64,000 nucleotides of DNA from an uncultured virus (IMG/VR IMGVR_UViG_3300012012_002042) (IMGVR_UViG_3300012012_002042), one strand, 5' to 3'. Numbered from the stretch's first letter, positions 20,259 to 30,603 are shown. Notes: generated from the sequence alone by a model not told the origin. Numbers and translations are program-made.

Positions 20259-20840
20259 ATGAACCCGCAAACCAAACCGCAGGAAACGCCGTTACCAACC
20301 ACGCTGCCCCCATCGTTCCACCTGCTGCCGGAGCCGGCGGTATTCGCGACCGATACAACTAGCCGGCGGCTGATCCCAGAGCCTGCCTCCTACGTCCAGG
20401 CAGCGCCCGCTCCGCGTCGGTCGAATAATTTCGCCGACCGCTACCCGAGGATGTTCCGGCTGCTGCAGAAGATGATGAAGCAGGACAACACCGGCGAGGT
20501 TCGGCGGGTGGCCATTCAAGCGGAACTGGACGGGGAGTCTGTGGTCTTGGATTACCGATTGCAGTTGATCACGAGAAAAGGTCTGCTCACAGCAGCTTCT
20601 GGCCAGACGCCGTTGTCACATATATTGGCACCCTCGCGGCGCGTGGATGCGGTGGAAGCATTTGGTTCCGCCATGACACAGACGATCGCGCCCATTGTGG
20701 CGCAGTTTCACAACCTTCTAAATTTACACACCATTGCCGACGAACCCAACTTCCCCCCTGGATCAGAAGAGAGAGAATTACTACCGAACCAGCTTTCCGC
20801 CGCGGGAAATCCACGACGTATTCCTGACGACCGACGGTAG
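20259..20840 (+). CDS. hypothetical protein
   Basis: 193-aa ORF, divergent from the terminase. Confidence 0.55.
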   Translation: MNPQTKPQETPLPTTLPPSFHLLPEPAVFATDTTSRRLIPEPASYVQAAPAPRRSNNFADRYPRMFRLLQKMMKQDNTGEVRRVAIQAELDGESVVLDYRLQLITRKGLLTAASGQTPLSHILAPSRRVDAVEAFGSAMTQTIAPIVAQFHNLLNLHTIADEPNFPPGSEERELLPNQLSAAGNPRRIPDDRR

Positions 20841-21525
20841 CGGTCACATCAATGGATTGTCCGGCAGTGCCGCCGTTTGGTTTTCGCCAAAACTGAGACT
20901 CTTCAATTTAGCTGTCGGCGGCTGGACTGGTTCCTCTGTGGACCGCAGTGAGCTCGACGCGCTTCTCGCCGGCCTGCATGGAATTCTGACGTGGGCGCTC
21001 GCCAATGGATACACCGAGGCAGGCCTGACGGCGCGCCCGATGATGTTGCACTGGACGAATGATCGGGAGTCTCTGGTGTTGTCCGTAGCTCGTAATCCCG
21101 AGACTGGAGAGACATTTTACAAGCGGAAGGTGAACATGGATTTGTGGGCGCGATTCGCCTACTACGAGAAATTGTTTCGCATCACGGCCTGTCGGAAGGA
21201 CCGGAACACTTCGTTCCTAATGGCGCTGGTGGACAAGCTTGCTGGAGATCAATTCGCTCATTTCAAGGACTACGTGAAACTCTGGCCGTCGGAGTTTTCG
21301 TTCTTCGTGGACTGGCTGAATTACTGGGAAAAGCCAGAAAACATCAACGCTGAAGTCGGGAGACTGATGATGATCAAGATTCGGAACGGAGATTTGGAAG
21401 AGGCCAAGGCATTCATGGACACACGATTTCAGCCCAGCGTGCTGAAGTTGATTGACCATATTCTGGAGAGGCCTGAGATGTGGCGGGACGAGAAATTCAC
21501 GAAATCATTTTACATACCAACCTAA
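20734..21525 (+). CDS. ribonuclease HI-like protein
   Basis: TDGSG, RSELDALL, WTNDRE, VNMDLW and VDKLA motifs. Confidence 0.75.
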   Translation: MPTNPTSPLDQKRENYYRTSFPPREIHDVFLTTDGSGHINGLSGSAAVWFSPKLRLFNLAVGGWTGSSVDRSELDALLAGLHGILTWALANGYTEAGLTARPMMLHWTNDRESLVLSVARNPETGETFYKRKVNMDLWARFAYYEKLFRITACRKDRNTSFLMALVDKLAGDQFAHFKDYVKLWPSEFSFFVDWLNYWEKPENINAEVGRLMMIKIRNGDLEEAKAFMDTRFQPSVLKLIDHILERPEMWRDEKFTKSFYIPT

Positions 21526-21540
21526 TGGAGAAGAAAAAAC

Positions 21541-22671
21541 ATGCTGACAAGAACTGAGACAATTGCATTTACGGCGGACTGGCAGCTTCGGCGCACCCAA
21601 TATGGATTCGCCTGGCGTGGTCGGGACTTCCTGAATGCTGCCCTTGAGGTAATTCGAGACGCAGCCAAACAGGGCGTCAAATACCTCTTCCACGGTGGGG
21701 ATATGCTCGATCTGAAACAACAGCCTTCGGAGCTGATGGACCAGTTGCTCGAGGTCGAGAATGAACTCCGGAAACATGACATGTATATGCCCGTCATCAG
21801 CGGCAACCATGAGCGGGACAAACCCACATGGACTGAAGTGCTCGGGCGCTGGCTGAAGTGTTACGCACCTGATATTGAGCCGCGCATGCAGTGCATGGAC
21901 GACCGAACAATCACGCTGCCGTCCGGTCTGACCGTTTACGGGTATCCCTCCTGCTCTCCAGGGGAACTGCGGGAGATGATCAAGAAACGAAAGGAGCCCG
22001 CAGACATTCTGGTGTGGCACGGCGCTGTGAAGGAGTTCTTCGGATTCGGTGGTGAGGAGGTCATCGCCATCCAGGACTTCCTGGGAGGGCAGTTCCGCAA
22101 TGTGCTGCTCGGCGATATTCACGTGCAGAAGTTCCTGGGACTGCCAGGCGGCGGAGTCATCGGTTATCCGGGCTCCACGGAATTGTGCAGCAGTTCGGAG
22201 AATCCAGAGAAGTTCTACACGCTACTTCGGTTCCAACCGGAGCAGCCAGTGCAGCTGGCGCACATGCGAATTCCCACTCGGCGGGTCATTCTGGCCAGTG
22301 TCGGGAATGAGGAGACATTGCAGCAGGTGCTGGCGCGCGATATTGCGCCTTTTAAGGACGAGCCTGCGATCATTTTCCTGAATTACAATCCGGCGATCCA
22401 GAATGTGTTTTCACGCATTCAGATGGTGTCTCATCCGAAATCGATCATCCGACCTTCGCCGGTGGATGTGGAGTTCGATGGGAACATCCGGGTCGAGGTG
22501 AAGGAAAGCGAGCTGCCCCCTGTTGAGCATTTCCTGCCGGCGTTCATTTCACCCGAACTGACGTCGTTGCATTCGTTGGCGGTCTCTCTGATCACTCGGA
22601 AGGGTGAGGATGCTCGCGCGGAAATTACGGGATACGTGGAACGCAGAAAACAAGAACTCACAAAATGCTGA
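21541..22671 (+). CDS. sbcD: SbcD/Mre11/gp47-like metallophosphoesterase nuclease
   Basis: ADWQ, GGDMLD, SGNHE, LGDIH and YPGS motifs; adjacent to SbcC. Confidence 0.88.
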   Translation: MLTRTETIAFTADWQLRRTQYGFAWRGRDFLNAALEVIRDAAKQGVKYLFHGGDMLDLKQQPSELMDQLLEVENELRKHDMYMPVISGNHERDKPTWTEVLGRWLKCYAPDIEPRMQCMDDRTITLPSGLTVYGYPSCSPGELREMIKKRKEPADILVWHGAVKEFFGFGGEEVIAIQDFLGGQFRNVLLGDIHVQKFLGLPGGGVIGYPGSTELCSSSENPEKFYTLLRFQPEQPVQLAHMRIPTRRVILASVGNEETLQQVLARDIAPFKDEPAIIFLNYNPAIQNVFSRIQMVSHPKSIIRPSPVDVEFDGNIRVEVKESELPPVEHFLPAFISPELTSLHSLAVSLITRKGEDARAEITGYVERRKQELTKC

Positions 22672-25226
22672 TACCTCGACTCAAACTCACAAACTTCGGC
22701 CAGCACCAATCGCTGGAATTGAAGCTGCCCCCGGGCATCATCGGATTGATCGGGCCCACCGGCTCGGGAAAATCCACCATCCTGAAGTCCATCGAGTTTG
22801 CCCTCACCGGCAACCTCTCATCCAAGGAAACTGCGGAGAGCTTCGTGTTCCGCCGCGGTACAGACACCCCGGCAAATGGATCCGCGGAAATGGACATCAT
22901 CAAGCATGGACGCCTCGGCACCCTGTTCCGCCAGATCGGGAAGACTCCGAAGCGCACGCTGAAGTGGGCTGACTCGGAGGACAAGGTGACGAAGAGCGGC
23001 GACATCGACCGCATCCTCGAAGAAGTGTTCGGCGCCGATAAAAAGGCCATCTCGTCCATCGTGTTCCTCCCGCAGGGCGCGATCGGGAAGATGCTCTTCG
23101 CGGACAAGGCCGAGAGGGAATTGATCTTCCAGCGCCTGCTGCTGATCGGCTACATGCCCCCGATTGAAGCGGCCGCCACTGCGCAGGTCAAACTGCTGGA
23201 ATCGACGATTCAGGATTACAGCGTGGTTCTGGATGAATTGCGCACTCAGCGGAAGGCCGCCGAGACAGAGCATAAGCTGGCCGTGGCTCAGATTCCAGGG
23301 TTCGACGAAAATGCATATAAGGCGTTCCTGGCTTTCAAGGAAGCAATCAGCAATCGCACGCGTATTCGTGCGGATGAAGTGACGGCGCGCGCGAAGCATA
23401 ATCAGGTTCTGATTGAGAACCGGAGCCTGCTCGATACGAAGGATCGAGAGCTTGGCATGCTGGAGGGCGCCGCGCCTGCGCCCTTGGTGAAAGAGAATTG
23501 CGCCGCCTGGATCGGTGAACAGCGGGAAGCTGCACGCGTCACCGCCGCGAAACTCTCGGCGGATTTGGCCGATGCGGAAAACGACGCCGACGTCATCGCC
23601 AAACACAAAAGCCTGACGGAACAGCGCGACGCAGCCAAACGGGAGAAGGAGAACTACGAGACACAGATCGGGAGTATTCCATTCAACGTGGTTGGGATGC
23701 TGGTAGCTCGCAAGAAACTGTGGGAGACATTGGTGACGATGAACAATGCGAGAGCCGTGTTAGATACCGCCAAGAGTGCGCTGGATATGCTGAATAGCAA
23801 ACTGCCTGAGATTCAGGAGCACAAGCGTGGTCGCGAAGAGGCTGAGACCAAAGGTCTCAATCTTAATTCCAAGCTGAGTTTTCTGGAAGGTCAGATCAGT
23901 TTCCTGAGAGTGCTAGAGAAGGGTCATCGAGAAGACTCGTCTTGTCCGTTCTGCAACACGGAGAATCCTGATGCCTCCAAATTCCCGAAGTTGGAGATTC
24001 TGCTGCCAGAGCAGACTCGGCTAAAAACGGAGCTGGCCAATTCGAGGTTGATATGGGGACAGCACAACACGGTGATTCAGGAGTTCGACAAAAAGCTGGG
24101 TATGGCGCATAGTGCGGAGAAGGAAGCCTACGATAAATACGATCAGGCTTTCACTGCGCATTCGACGGCTCAGCAGTCCAAAGAGCCCGGCTTCATGAAT
24201 TATGAAGAGGCGCAACTCGAGACATGGGTCACTGAGAAACATCGGCTCGTCACTCTGCTCGCCATTCCGACAAAGACGCTCGCTGATACGGATCTGGCGC
24301 TCGCCAGCTTGTCTGGGCGGCTGCCGAAAGACAAGCCGACGACGGCGGACATTCCACAACTGCGCCTTGCTGCGAACACAGCTCGGGAAAAATGGCAGGC
24401 GTGGCATGACTTCTTCACGTCGTGGAATATTCTGCAGGGAGACATCGGACGTTGCCGTGAGGCCATCAGGACCGCAGACGCCGACTTCGCAGTCGTGTCC
24501 AACGCTGTGATGATCGCGAACGACTCCTGGCTCACAGCCCGGAAGAATCTGCCGGACGGGATCATACCGCACGACATCCCGATGGAGGACGTTGAAACAC
24601 GCATCGGCGAATACGAAGCCGCGCGGACGCTGCGTGTTCAGGCGCAGGCCAGGGCGGATCAGGTGAATGCCCAATTGAATGGCATTCTTATCCGGATGAC
24701 GGAAATCGACAAAGCCATGGAGCAGCAGGAGACGACGCGACAGATCATCAACGAATTGTCCACGCTGGCGAAAACCTTCGCACGCACGGGCCTGCCGTCC
24801 ACGTATCTGAATGACCGATTCCAGCGAACCATGAAGCTGACGAACACCAACCTCCGGGCGATGGGTTCGGAGTTTACGGTGCGAGCTTCCGGCGAAGAGT
24901 CGCTGTCGTTCGATTTCCTGCGTCACGACCGTGATGATGCGGTCTGGATGGAACAGGAGAAACTGTCAGGAGGCCAGCGCATGAAGTTGGCTGTGGCATT
25001 CCTGTTGGGGCTGCAATCCACCACCATTCCCGATGTAGGACTTCTGGTGATGGACGAGCCTTCGACACATTTGGATCCGGATTGTGTGGACGAACTGCGG
25101 GAACTGCTTACGGTGATGGGGCCTCAATTCGCAGCCCGCGAAGCCCAAATCATTGTGTGTGACCATAATCCCCGTCTGATACCATTTGACGTACATGTGA
25201 TCGATCTGGCAAAGATCGCTGCCTGA
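22665..25226 (+). CDS. sbcC: SbcC/Rad50/gp46-like SMC ATPase
   Basis: GPTGSGKST, Q-loop LPQG, coiled coil with CPFC hook, LSGGQ, MDEPSTHLD, H-loop. Confidence 0.92.
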   Translation: MLIPRLKLTNFGQHQSLELKLPPGIIGLIGPTGSGKSTILKSIEFALTGNLSSKETAESFVFRRGTDTPANGSAEMDIIKHGRLGTLFRQIGKTPKRTLKWADSEDKVTKSGDIDRILEEVFGADKKAISSIVFLPQGAIGKMLFADKAERELIFQRLLLIGYMPPIEAAATAQVKLLESTIQDYSVVLDELRTQRKAAETEHKLAVAQIPGFDENAYKAFLAFKEAISNRTRIRADEVTARAKHNQVLIENRSLLDTKDRELGMLEGAAPAPLVKENCAAWIGEQREAARVTAAKLSADLADAENDADVIAKHKSLTEQRDAAKREKENYETQIGSIPFNVVGMLVARKKLWETLVTMNNARAVLDTAKSALDMLNSKLPEIQEHKRGREEAETKGLNLNSKLSFLEGQISFLRVLEKGHREDSSCPFCNTENPDASKFPKLEILLPEQTRLKTELANSRLIWGQHNTVIQEFDKKLGMAHSAEKEAYDKYDQAFTAHSTAQQSKEPGFMNYEEAQLETWVTEKHRLVTLLAIPTKTLADTDLALASLSGRLPKDKPTTADIPQLRLAANTAREKWQAWHDFFTSWNILQGDIGRCREAIRTADADFAVVSNAVMIANDSWLTARKNLPDGIIPHDIPMEDVETRIGEYEAARTLRVQAQARADQVNAQLNGILIRMTEIDKAMEQQETTRQIINELSTLAKTFARTGLPSTYLNDRFQRTMKLTNTNLRAMGSEFTVRASGEESLSFDFLRHDRDDAVWMEQEKLSGGQRMKLAVAFLLGLQSTTIPDVGLLVMDEPSTHLDPDCVDELRELLTVMGPQFAAREAQIIVCDHNPRLIPFDVHVIDLAKIAA

Positions 25227-25228
25227 AC

Positions 25229-25876
25229 ATGCTTTACGAGATCCGGTTGAAAGTCACGAAGCCCCTGCTGGGAGACCAGCACGGGACGCATGCGCGAAAA
25301 TTCAAGCGTGCGAAAGACGGTCGCCGGATCCTGTGGCCAGCTGGACGTTGGGAGTGGGCCCTGAAAAATGCGGCCCACTCCCTCCGGATGGAGGTGGATG
25401 TTCAGACGGTGAATCTCCCAGAGGACTTCTTCGCTCCCACGACACAATTGTGTCACCGCGAATGGAAAGACGTGAAGGGCAAGCACACGGAAATATTCGA
25501 GTCCATCCCCGTCGGTTCCGTCATCTCGATATATCCGGAGTTGCCAATGGAATCTCATCCCGCCGGCCGCACGGTGCCTTCGCTCGGGCAGTTGGAGATT
25601 CTGATGGAATACGTCGGCAAACTCTGCGGCATGTCGGCCTGGGGTAGTGATTGGGGTTACGGACGATTCATGGTGGAGAGTATTGGGGAGGCGTCATTCC
25701 AGGATCAGTTTCTGTCGGTGAAGAGCGGCGCGTTGCCGGAGGCTTTTCTGAAGGAATATACGGTCCGGGCACGCGAGACGCGATTCTTGGGGAAACCCAT
25801 TTGCAGTCTGAGTCGGAATGAATTACTGGCAGTGGCAGCTCACGGAATTTTAACGAAAAAACAGAATGAAGAATGA
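25229..25876 (+). CDS. stand-alone RAMP/Cas7-like protein
   Basis: N-terminal strand IRLKVTKPLLG, ILWPAGRWEWALKNAA helix, FESIPVGS, and C-terminal G-rich loop GMSAWGSDWGYGRF. Confidence 0.6.
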   Translation: MLYEIRLKVTKPLLGDQHGTHARKFKRAKDGRRILWPAGRWEWALKNAAHSLRMEVDVQTVNLPEDFFAPTTQLCHREWKDVKGKHTEIFESIPVGSVISIYPELPMESHPAGRTVPSLGQLEILMEYVGKLCGMSAWGSDWGYGRFMVESIGEASFQDQFLSVKSGALPEAFLKEYTVRARETRFLGKPICSLSRNELLAVAAHGILTKKQNEE

Positions 25877-26213
25877 ACACATCGCGCGGCTGATTTATGC
25901 CGCACATTCGGAATACAATATCATCCAGGGACTCGGATCCAGGTGTCGCTGGGATGAGGCAGACCGCCCCAGTCGGCAGGCCTACATCAGCGTCGTAGAG
26001 CGCACCTTGCTGCAGCCGACGAAATCCGCTTTCGACAATCACGAGCTCTGGCGCGCAAGCTGGGAAGCGAATGGTTGGAAATACGGCCCGGTGCGGGATG
26101 ACGTAAAGAAGACCCATCCGTCGCTGGTTCCCTACGCCGAGCTTCCCGAGGACCAGCGAGTGAAGCTGGAATTGGAGATTGCAATCGTGCGGCTATTTGT
26201 CCCGGCTCCGTGA
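25866..26213 (+). CDS. RyR-domain protein
   Basis: HELW...NGWKYGPVRDDVKKTHPSLVPYAELPEDQR signature. Confidence 0.85.
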   Translation: MKNEHIARLIYAAHSEYNIIQGLGSRCRWDEADRPSRQAYISVVERTLLQPTKSAFDNHELWRASWEANGWKYGPVRDDVKKTHPSLVPYAELPEDQRVKLELEIAIVRLFVPAP

Positions 26214-26515
26214 GTGACGGCACCCCAAAATTACTGACTGGAGCGCAGAGGAAGGCGTTGGAGAAACGCGTGAGGTTGCACAGTCACAATCTTCGACGAC
26301 AGATTCATGCGGTGGTCGAGGCAGAGAAGGAGCCTATTCAGATTACAAAAGCCCGGAAAACGGTAGAGCTATGGGATGCCGGACGGGACAAAAGAATTGG
26401 AGAGTTGCAAGCCCGTATCGATCTGAAAGAAAAGTTGCTCGTGGAAAGTCTGCTCTTCGATCCTGCGGACGCATGCCTGAGGGACGTGCAAACATTTGAG
26501 GAGAAAAAACTATGA
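26210..26515 (+). CDS. hypothetical protein
   Basis: GTGA overlap; 101 aa. Confidence 0.55.
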   Translation: MSDGTPKLLTGAQRKALEKRVRLHSHNLRRQIHAVVEAEKEPIQITKARKTVELWDAGRDKRIGELQARIDLKEKLLVESLLFDPADACLRDVQTFEEKKL

Positions 26516-26775
26516 GTATGAACACGAAATACACCGCATGGATCTGGAAGGGTGCTCCCGGCCCCACAACACCTCGCCGCGAGCACACGGGAATGCCGAC
26601 GGAAGCGTTGGCTAAACAATGGATCACCGACCGCATGGTCAATTGGAATGAGGCCACGGAATATGGCATCGGACACGAGATGCTCAGCGGATTCGTTCTC
26701 GACTTCGGCAGCGCTCCTGTGAGGGCGCGCGCGGAGCGTGGAGAGGATCCGCGGACTCACTGGTGGGACATGTGA
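26512..26775 (+). CDS. hypothetical protein
   Basis: ATGA overlap; 87 aa. Confidence 0.55.
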   Translation: MSMNTKYTAWIWKGAPGPTTPRREHTGMPTEALAKQWITDRMVNWNEATEYGIGHEMLSGFVLDFGSAPVRARAERGEDPRTHWWDM

Positions 26776-26803
26776 CCGGGAATTACATTTTAACGACAAA
26801 CAA

Positions 26804-27112
26804 ATGATCTACATCGTAGGAAAATCAAAAAAGCACGCGGAGGCATGGATAAAGCTGCAGAACATCACCCGAGGGGTTTCGATCATTTCCACCGAAGTGG
26901 ACATCCGAGGAACGCCCATGTTGCATTCAGGCATCATTCGACTTCCAGGTTGGCGGCACGGGAAGAGTGCGAAGACTATTCAGCACATCGAGGCGCTGAC
27001 CATTGCGTTGGAATCTTCCGCGCCTAATGGTGACGCTTTCTCTGTGTATTCTATGCTGGTGAGAGGTTTCGATAATCTCAAGTCAACCGGCAAAAATACG
27101 GACGGCCAGTGA
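26804..27112 (+). CDS. hypothetical protein
   Basis: ATG at 26804 after an A-rich leader. Confidence 0.55.
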   Translation: MIYIVGKSKKHAEAWIKLQNITRGVSIISTEVDIRGTPMLHSGIIRLPGWRHGKSAKTIQHIEALTIALESSAPNGDAFSVYSMLVRGFDNLKSTGKNTDGQ

Positions 27113-28551
27113 GCATGGCGGAAATTCACCTGGTGGTGGATGACACGCGGCTGATGATCGCGCCGACGCACCCTGCCTTCGAGCAGATGCTGCGTTACGA
27201 GCACAAGTCCCTGGTCTCACAGCCGGGACAGCCATGGAATCGTGTCACCAAAAGAGAGGAGCGTTTGCTTTATCTACTCAAGGAAAAGGAAGGAATTACA
27301 GCGCTGATCACCCATCACGGATTTTTGCACAGAGTGGTGCAATTCTGCGTGCGCTGCCGCTGGCCGGTAAAGTTCGGCGACGAAGACGATCGCCGGACCA
27401 AATTACCCCCACCCCTGCTCAACAACATGCACGGGTTCCGGTTCTCGCAGAAGGCACTGCTGGAGAAGTTTCTCCTGGCCGACTGCTCGGGATGTCTGAA
27501 GGCTCCGACGCGCTATGGAAAGTCGACGCTCATCGTGAACACCATGCGCGCCTATCCTGGCATCACCACGGTCTTCACCTGTCCGGGAGAGGATTTGCTG
27601 CGGCAATCCGTCAAAGACTTCAAGGCGGCCATGCCAGAGCGCGACATCCGCATGCTGGGTGCCGGCTCCTCCAACCGCATCTCAGGCCCCGACATCACCA
27701 TCTGCAGCATGGACAGCCTACACCTGTGCGATTACGGGAAAGTCAGGCTGCTGATCGTTGATGAGCCACATGCGCTGATGACGGATGGAAGAATCCCGCA
27801 GTTGAACAAATTCCAATTCGCCCGCCGGCTGTCTTTCGGTGCGACATTGGAAGGCCGGTTCGATGGGCGGGATCTCGTGCTCGAGGGATTGCTCGGGCCG
27901 GTGCTCGCGGAACGGACGTATGAGGAGGCCGTGAAGGAGGGTGCGATTTGCCCGTTGGTGATCCTCTTGCTGAAGGTGAATTTGCACCGCAAGGCTGTGA
28001 CCGGAAAGCGGGATCAGGTTTACAAGCACACCATTTTCGAGAGTCCGGAGATTGCCAGCATGATGGCGAACATTTGCAGGCTGATGCCGGATGATTGGCA
28101 GCACCTGGTTTTCATCCGGCAGGAAGTGCAGGCGGATTTGATTCAGGAAGCTCTCGGCGATGACACGCCGATCGCGATGGCGAAGGTATTGAAAAAGAAG
28201 GTGCGCGCGCAGATGGCGCAGGACATGCGCTTCAATAATTTGCGCCGCTGCATTTCGTCGGATATCTTCGCGACAGGAGTCACTTTCCACGACATTCGAT
28301 GTGTTGTGAATGCCTCTGGCGGAGCCGGTAATATTTCCTCAATTCAAAAGCCAGGCCGATTGGCGGAGGTGCGTCCGAATAAGAAGTGCGGCGTAATGAT
28401 CGATTTTCTTTACCTGTGTGATGAAAACCCAAAGAATTGTCTGACCATTGATTCCTGGAGTCGGCACAAGGTCTACAAGGCGAAGGGATATGACGTGCGC
28501 GTCGTGGGATCTGTGGAGGAATTAAACAACCAATTGAAATCATGTCGATAG
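27109..28551 (+). CDS. superfamily 2 helicase (UvsW-like)
   Basis: APTRYGKS, IVDEPH, FGAT, ATGV and QKPGRLAE motifs. Confidence 0.85.
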   Translation: MSMAEIHLVVDDTRLMIAPTHPAFEQMLRYEHKSLVSQPGQPWNRVTKREERLLYLLKEKEGITALITHHGFLHRVVQFCVRCRWPVKFGDEDDRRTKLPPPLLNNMHGFRFSQKALLEKFLLADCSGCLKAPTRYGKSTLIVNTMRAYPGITTVFTCPGEDLLRQSVKDFKAAMPERDIRMLGAGSSNRISGPDITICSMDSLHLCDYGKVRLLIVDEPHALMTDGRIPQLNKFQFARRLSFGATLEGRFDGRDLVLEGLLGPVLAERTYEEAVKEGAICPLVILLLKVNLHRKAVTGKRDQVYKHTIFESPEIASMMANICRLMPDDWQHLVFIRQEVQADLIQEALGDDTPIAMAKVLKKKVRAQMAQDMRFNNLRRCISSDIFATGVTFHDIRCVVNASGGAGNISSIQKPGRLAEVRPNKKCGVMIDFLYLCDENPKNCLTIDSWSRHKVYKAKGYDVRVVGSVEELNNQLKSCR

Positions 28552-29177
28552 AGCCGTCGATTGAACAATACGCCGCGATTCTGCGTAGGGATTATCGGCA
28601 GAGGACTGGAAAGGACAAACGGCGTTATGACGACATGTCCGATATGTCTGATTGGCACCGCATCGCGAAGAATGTCATCGATCTGAAAGCAGATCCTCGG
28701 TCATTTATGGATGCGGCATTCATGCACGCGGGTAATCACGTTGCAAAGAGTTCTGTCCATTCGACCGGGGCTCCATACGTGAATACGTTGAAGAACTCTG
28801 AGTGGTGTCTGAAGGCGTGGAAAAGCGCCAACCCGCAGCAATACGGAATGGCAGACGACGCTCCCGAATTCTCGTGCTCACCGCGGGAGGAATGGAAACT
28901 CATGCAGCGTGTCGCAGGAGAGTATTTCCTGCGCATCCTCGGGAAGGTTGATTTGCTGGACGCACAGACATTACAGGAGTTGCGGGAGCCATTTTGCAAC
29001 CTACATCCCGTTGCACGTGTGGTGCTGTCAGACAACGACCCGGAGGTTCTGCGGCTTTACGGCAAGGCGGCTCACGGGTATTTGTGGAGGCGGCAGGAAT
29101 TGAAAAGATTAATTGAGAGTGAAGGCTTCAAATTTGAAACATTACCACCAGATGCCATCGATACCAACTTCCTCTGA
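28542..29177 (+). CDS. hypothetical replication-cluster protein
   Basis: Lies between the two helicases; C-terminus resembles that of 31236-32396. Confidence 0.6.
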   Translation: MSIEPSIEQYAAILRRDYRQRTGKDKRRYDDMSDMSDWHRIAKNVIDLKADPRSFMDAAFMHAGNHVAKSSVHSTGAPYVNTLKNSEWCLKAWKSANPQQYGMADDAPEFSCSPREEWKLMQRVAGEYFLRILGKVDLLDAQTLQELREPFCNLHPVARVVLSDNDPEVLRLYGKAAHGYLWRRQELKRLIESEGFKFETLPPDAIDTNFL

Positions 29178-30603
29178 CCTCGACCTAAAAACGGCCAAGG
29201 AGTGGGTGACAAACAATAAAGACGTTTTTGAGAAGATGGTCGTGGCCGCCGCATACGCGAGCCCGAAACATCTGCGGATATTCGAGCCGCACCTGTGTCA
29301 GGATAAAAACCGAAAAGGCGTGCCGGTTTGGGTAGATGATTTCTCCAGGCCGCCACTGTTCGCGCTTTATCGTGCGATTGCGGAGCACGCGCGGCTCATC
29401 CGGAAATCGGACATTGCGGACCGCCGGATCAGCCCAGCACAGATGCACTCGTTCATCACCGCGTATGCGAACATGGCGGAATGCATCTCTCTGCCGGAAG
29501 TGGACCAAGCGATGACGTGCATGTCAGACGAGGTGGCTCCGCTCGCGACACCGCAGAATTTCGCCTTCATGGATTCAATTTATCCGCATTGGCTCCATCA
29601 GCAAAAGCGTACGCGGCTTATCGTGAAGGACATGCAGGGGCGTTCTGACGACGAGAGTGTGGAGCTGGACGAGAAGCTTCGGGACGTCCGGCGCAGTCTG
29701 ATGGCGACGCGCACATTCAGCATGCACCGGTTTGCGGAGGACATTGATAAGGACGAGGTGATGACGCCACGACTCCCGACCGGATTGCATTCTGTGGATT
29801 CGGCCTTTGGAGGAGGAGTTGGATTGGAGGAGTCGACCCTGATCATGGCATGTCCATCGGCCGGCAAGACAGTGTTGGCCACGCAATTCGCAGGCTCGTT
29901 CGCCATGGGAAAGGTCAAGACTCTGTTCGTCACTACCGAGCAAAACAATCGTAGGCTTCAGCCGAGGTTCATTTCGGCGATCTGCGGTGTGCCGTTCAAC
30001 AAGATTAAGGACAAGGTTTCAGAACTGCAGATGACGCCGGAACAGATTATCCACTACCGCAAATGCAAAGAGCGTTTGAATGAGAATTTGATCATGGTCA
30101 ATTGGCAGGAGAATTCCGACGACTTCGCTGGCGAGATCGAGGCCCTCTTCGATCGGGCCGTCGTGGAATTTGGAGAGCAACCGAAGATCATGATCCTGGA
30201 CTGGCTCGGTGGTGCGTTCGGAAAAAGGGTAGCCCACGATCCTGGAATGTATCGTCGCGCGCTTCGCTGCGGGGCTGACGCGATGTCGGACGTCGCGAAG
30301 AAATTCAAAATGCACACCATCACCTGCGCACAGCTGGCTACGGTGCAGTGCAAGAATAAAATGAACGTGGATTCGACCATGCTTAGCGAATGCAAAACCC
30401 TGCACGAGCCGATGACGAACGCGTTGGGAGTTACCTTCATCGAGGATGCGGAAGCGCGGGATTCGGCTGAGGACAAAGCTCAAATCAGCAATAATCAATA
30501 CTTCTGCATCTCCAAGTCTCGGCAGGGAACGGATCGAAGGTTCCCGGTGAAGCGGGAGTTTCCGTATCAGCGGTTTGCATATCGCGAATTGCGGGGCGGA
30601 TGA
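29152..30603 (+). CDS. DnaB/gp41-like replicative helicase
   Basis: LPTGLHSVD, ACPSAGKT, VTTEQ, MILDWL, TCAQL and SKSRQG motifs. Confidence 0.85.
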   Translation: MPSIPTSSDLDLKTAKEWVTNNKDVFEKMVVAAAYASPKHLRIFEPHLCQDKNRKGVPVWVDDFSRPPLFALYRAIAEHARLIRKSDIADRRISPAQMHSFITAYANMAECISLPEVDQAMTCMSDEVAPLATPQNFAFMDSIYPHWLHQQKRTRLIVKDMQGRSDDESVELDEKLRDVRRSLMATRTFSMHRFAEDIDKDEVMTPRLPTGLHSVDSAFGGGVGLEESTLIMACPSAGKTVLATQFAGSFAMGKVKTLFVTTEQNNRRLQPRFISAICGVPFNKIKDKVSELQMTPEQIIHYRKCKERLNENLIMVNWQENSDDFAGEIEALFDRAVVEFGEQPKIMILDWLGGAFGKRVAHDPGMYRRALRCGADAMSDVAKKFKMHTITCAQLATVQCKNKMNVDSTMLSECKTLHEPMTNALGVTFIEDAEARDSAEDKAQISNNQYFCISKSRQGTDRRFPVKREFPYQRFAYRELRGG

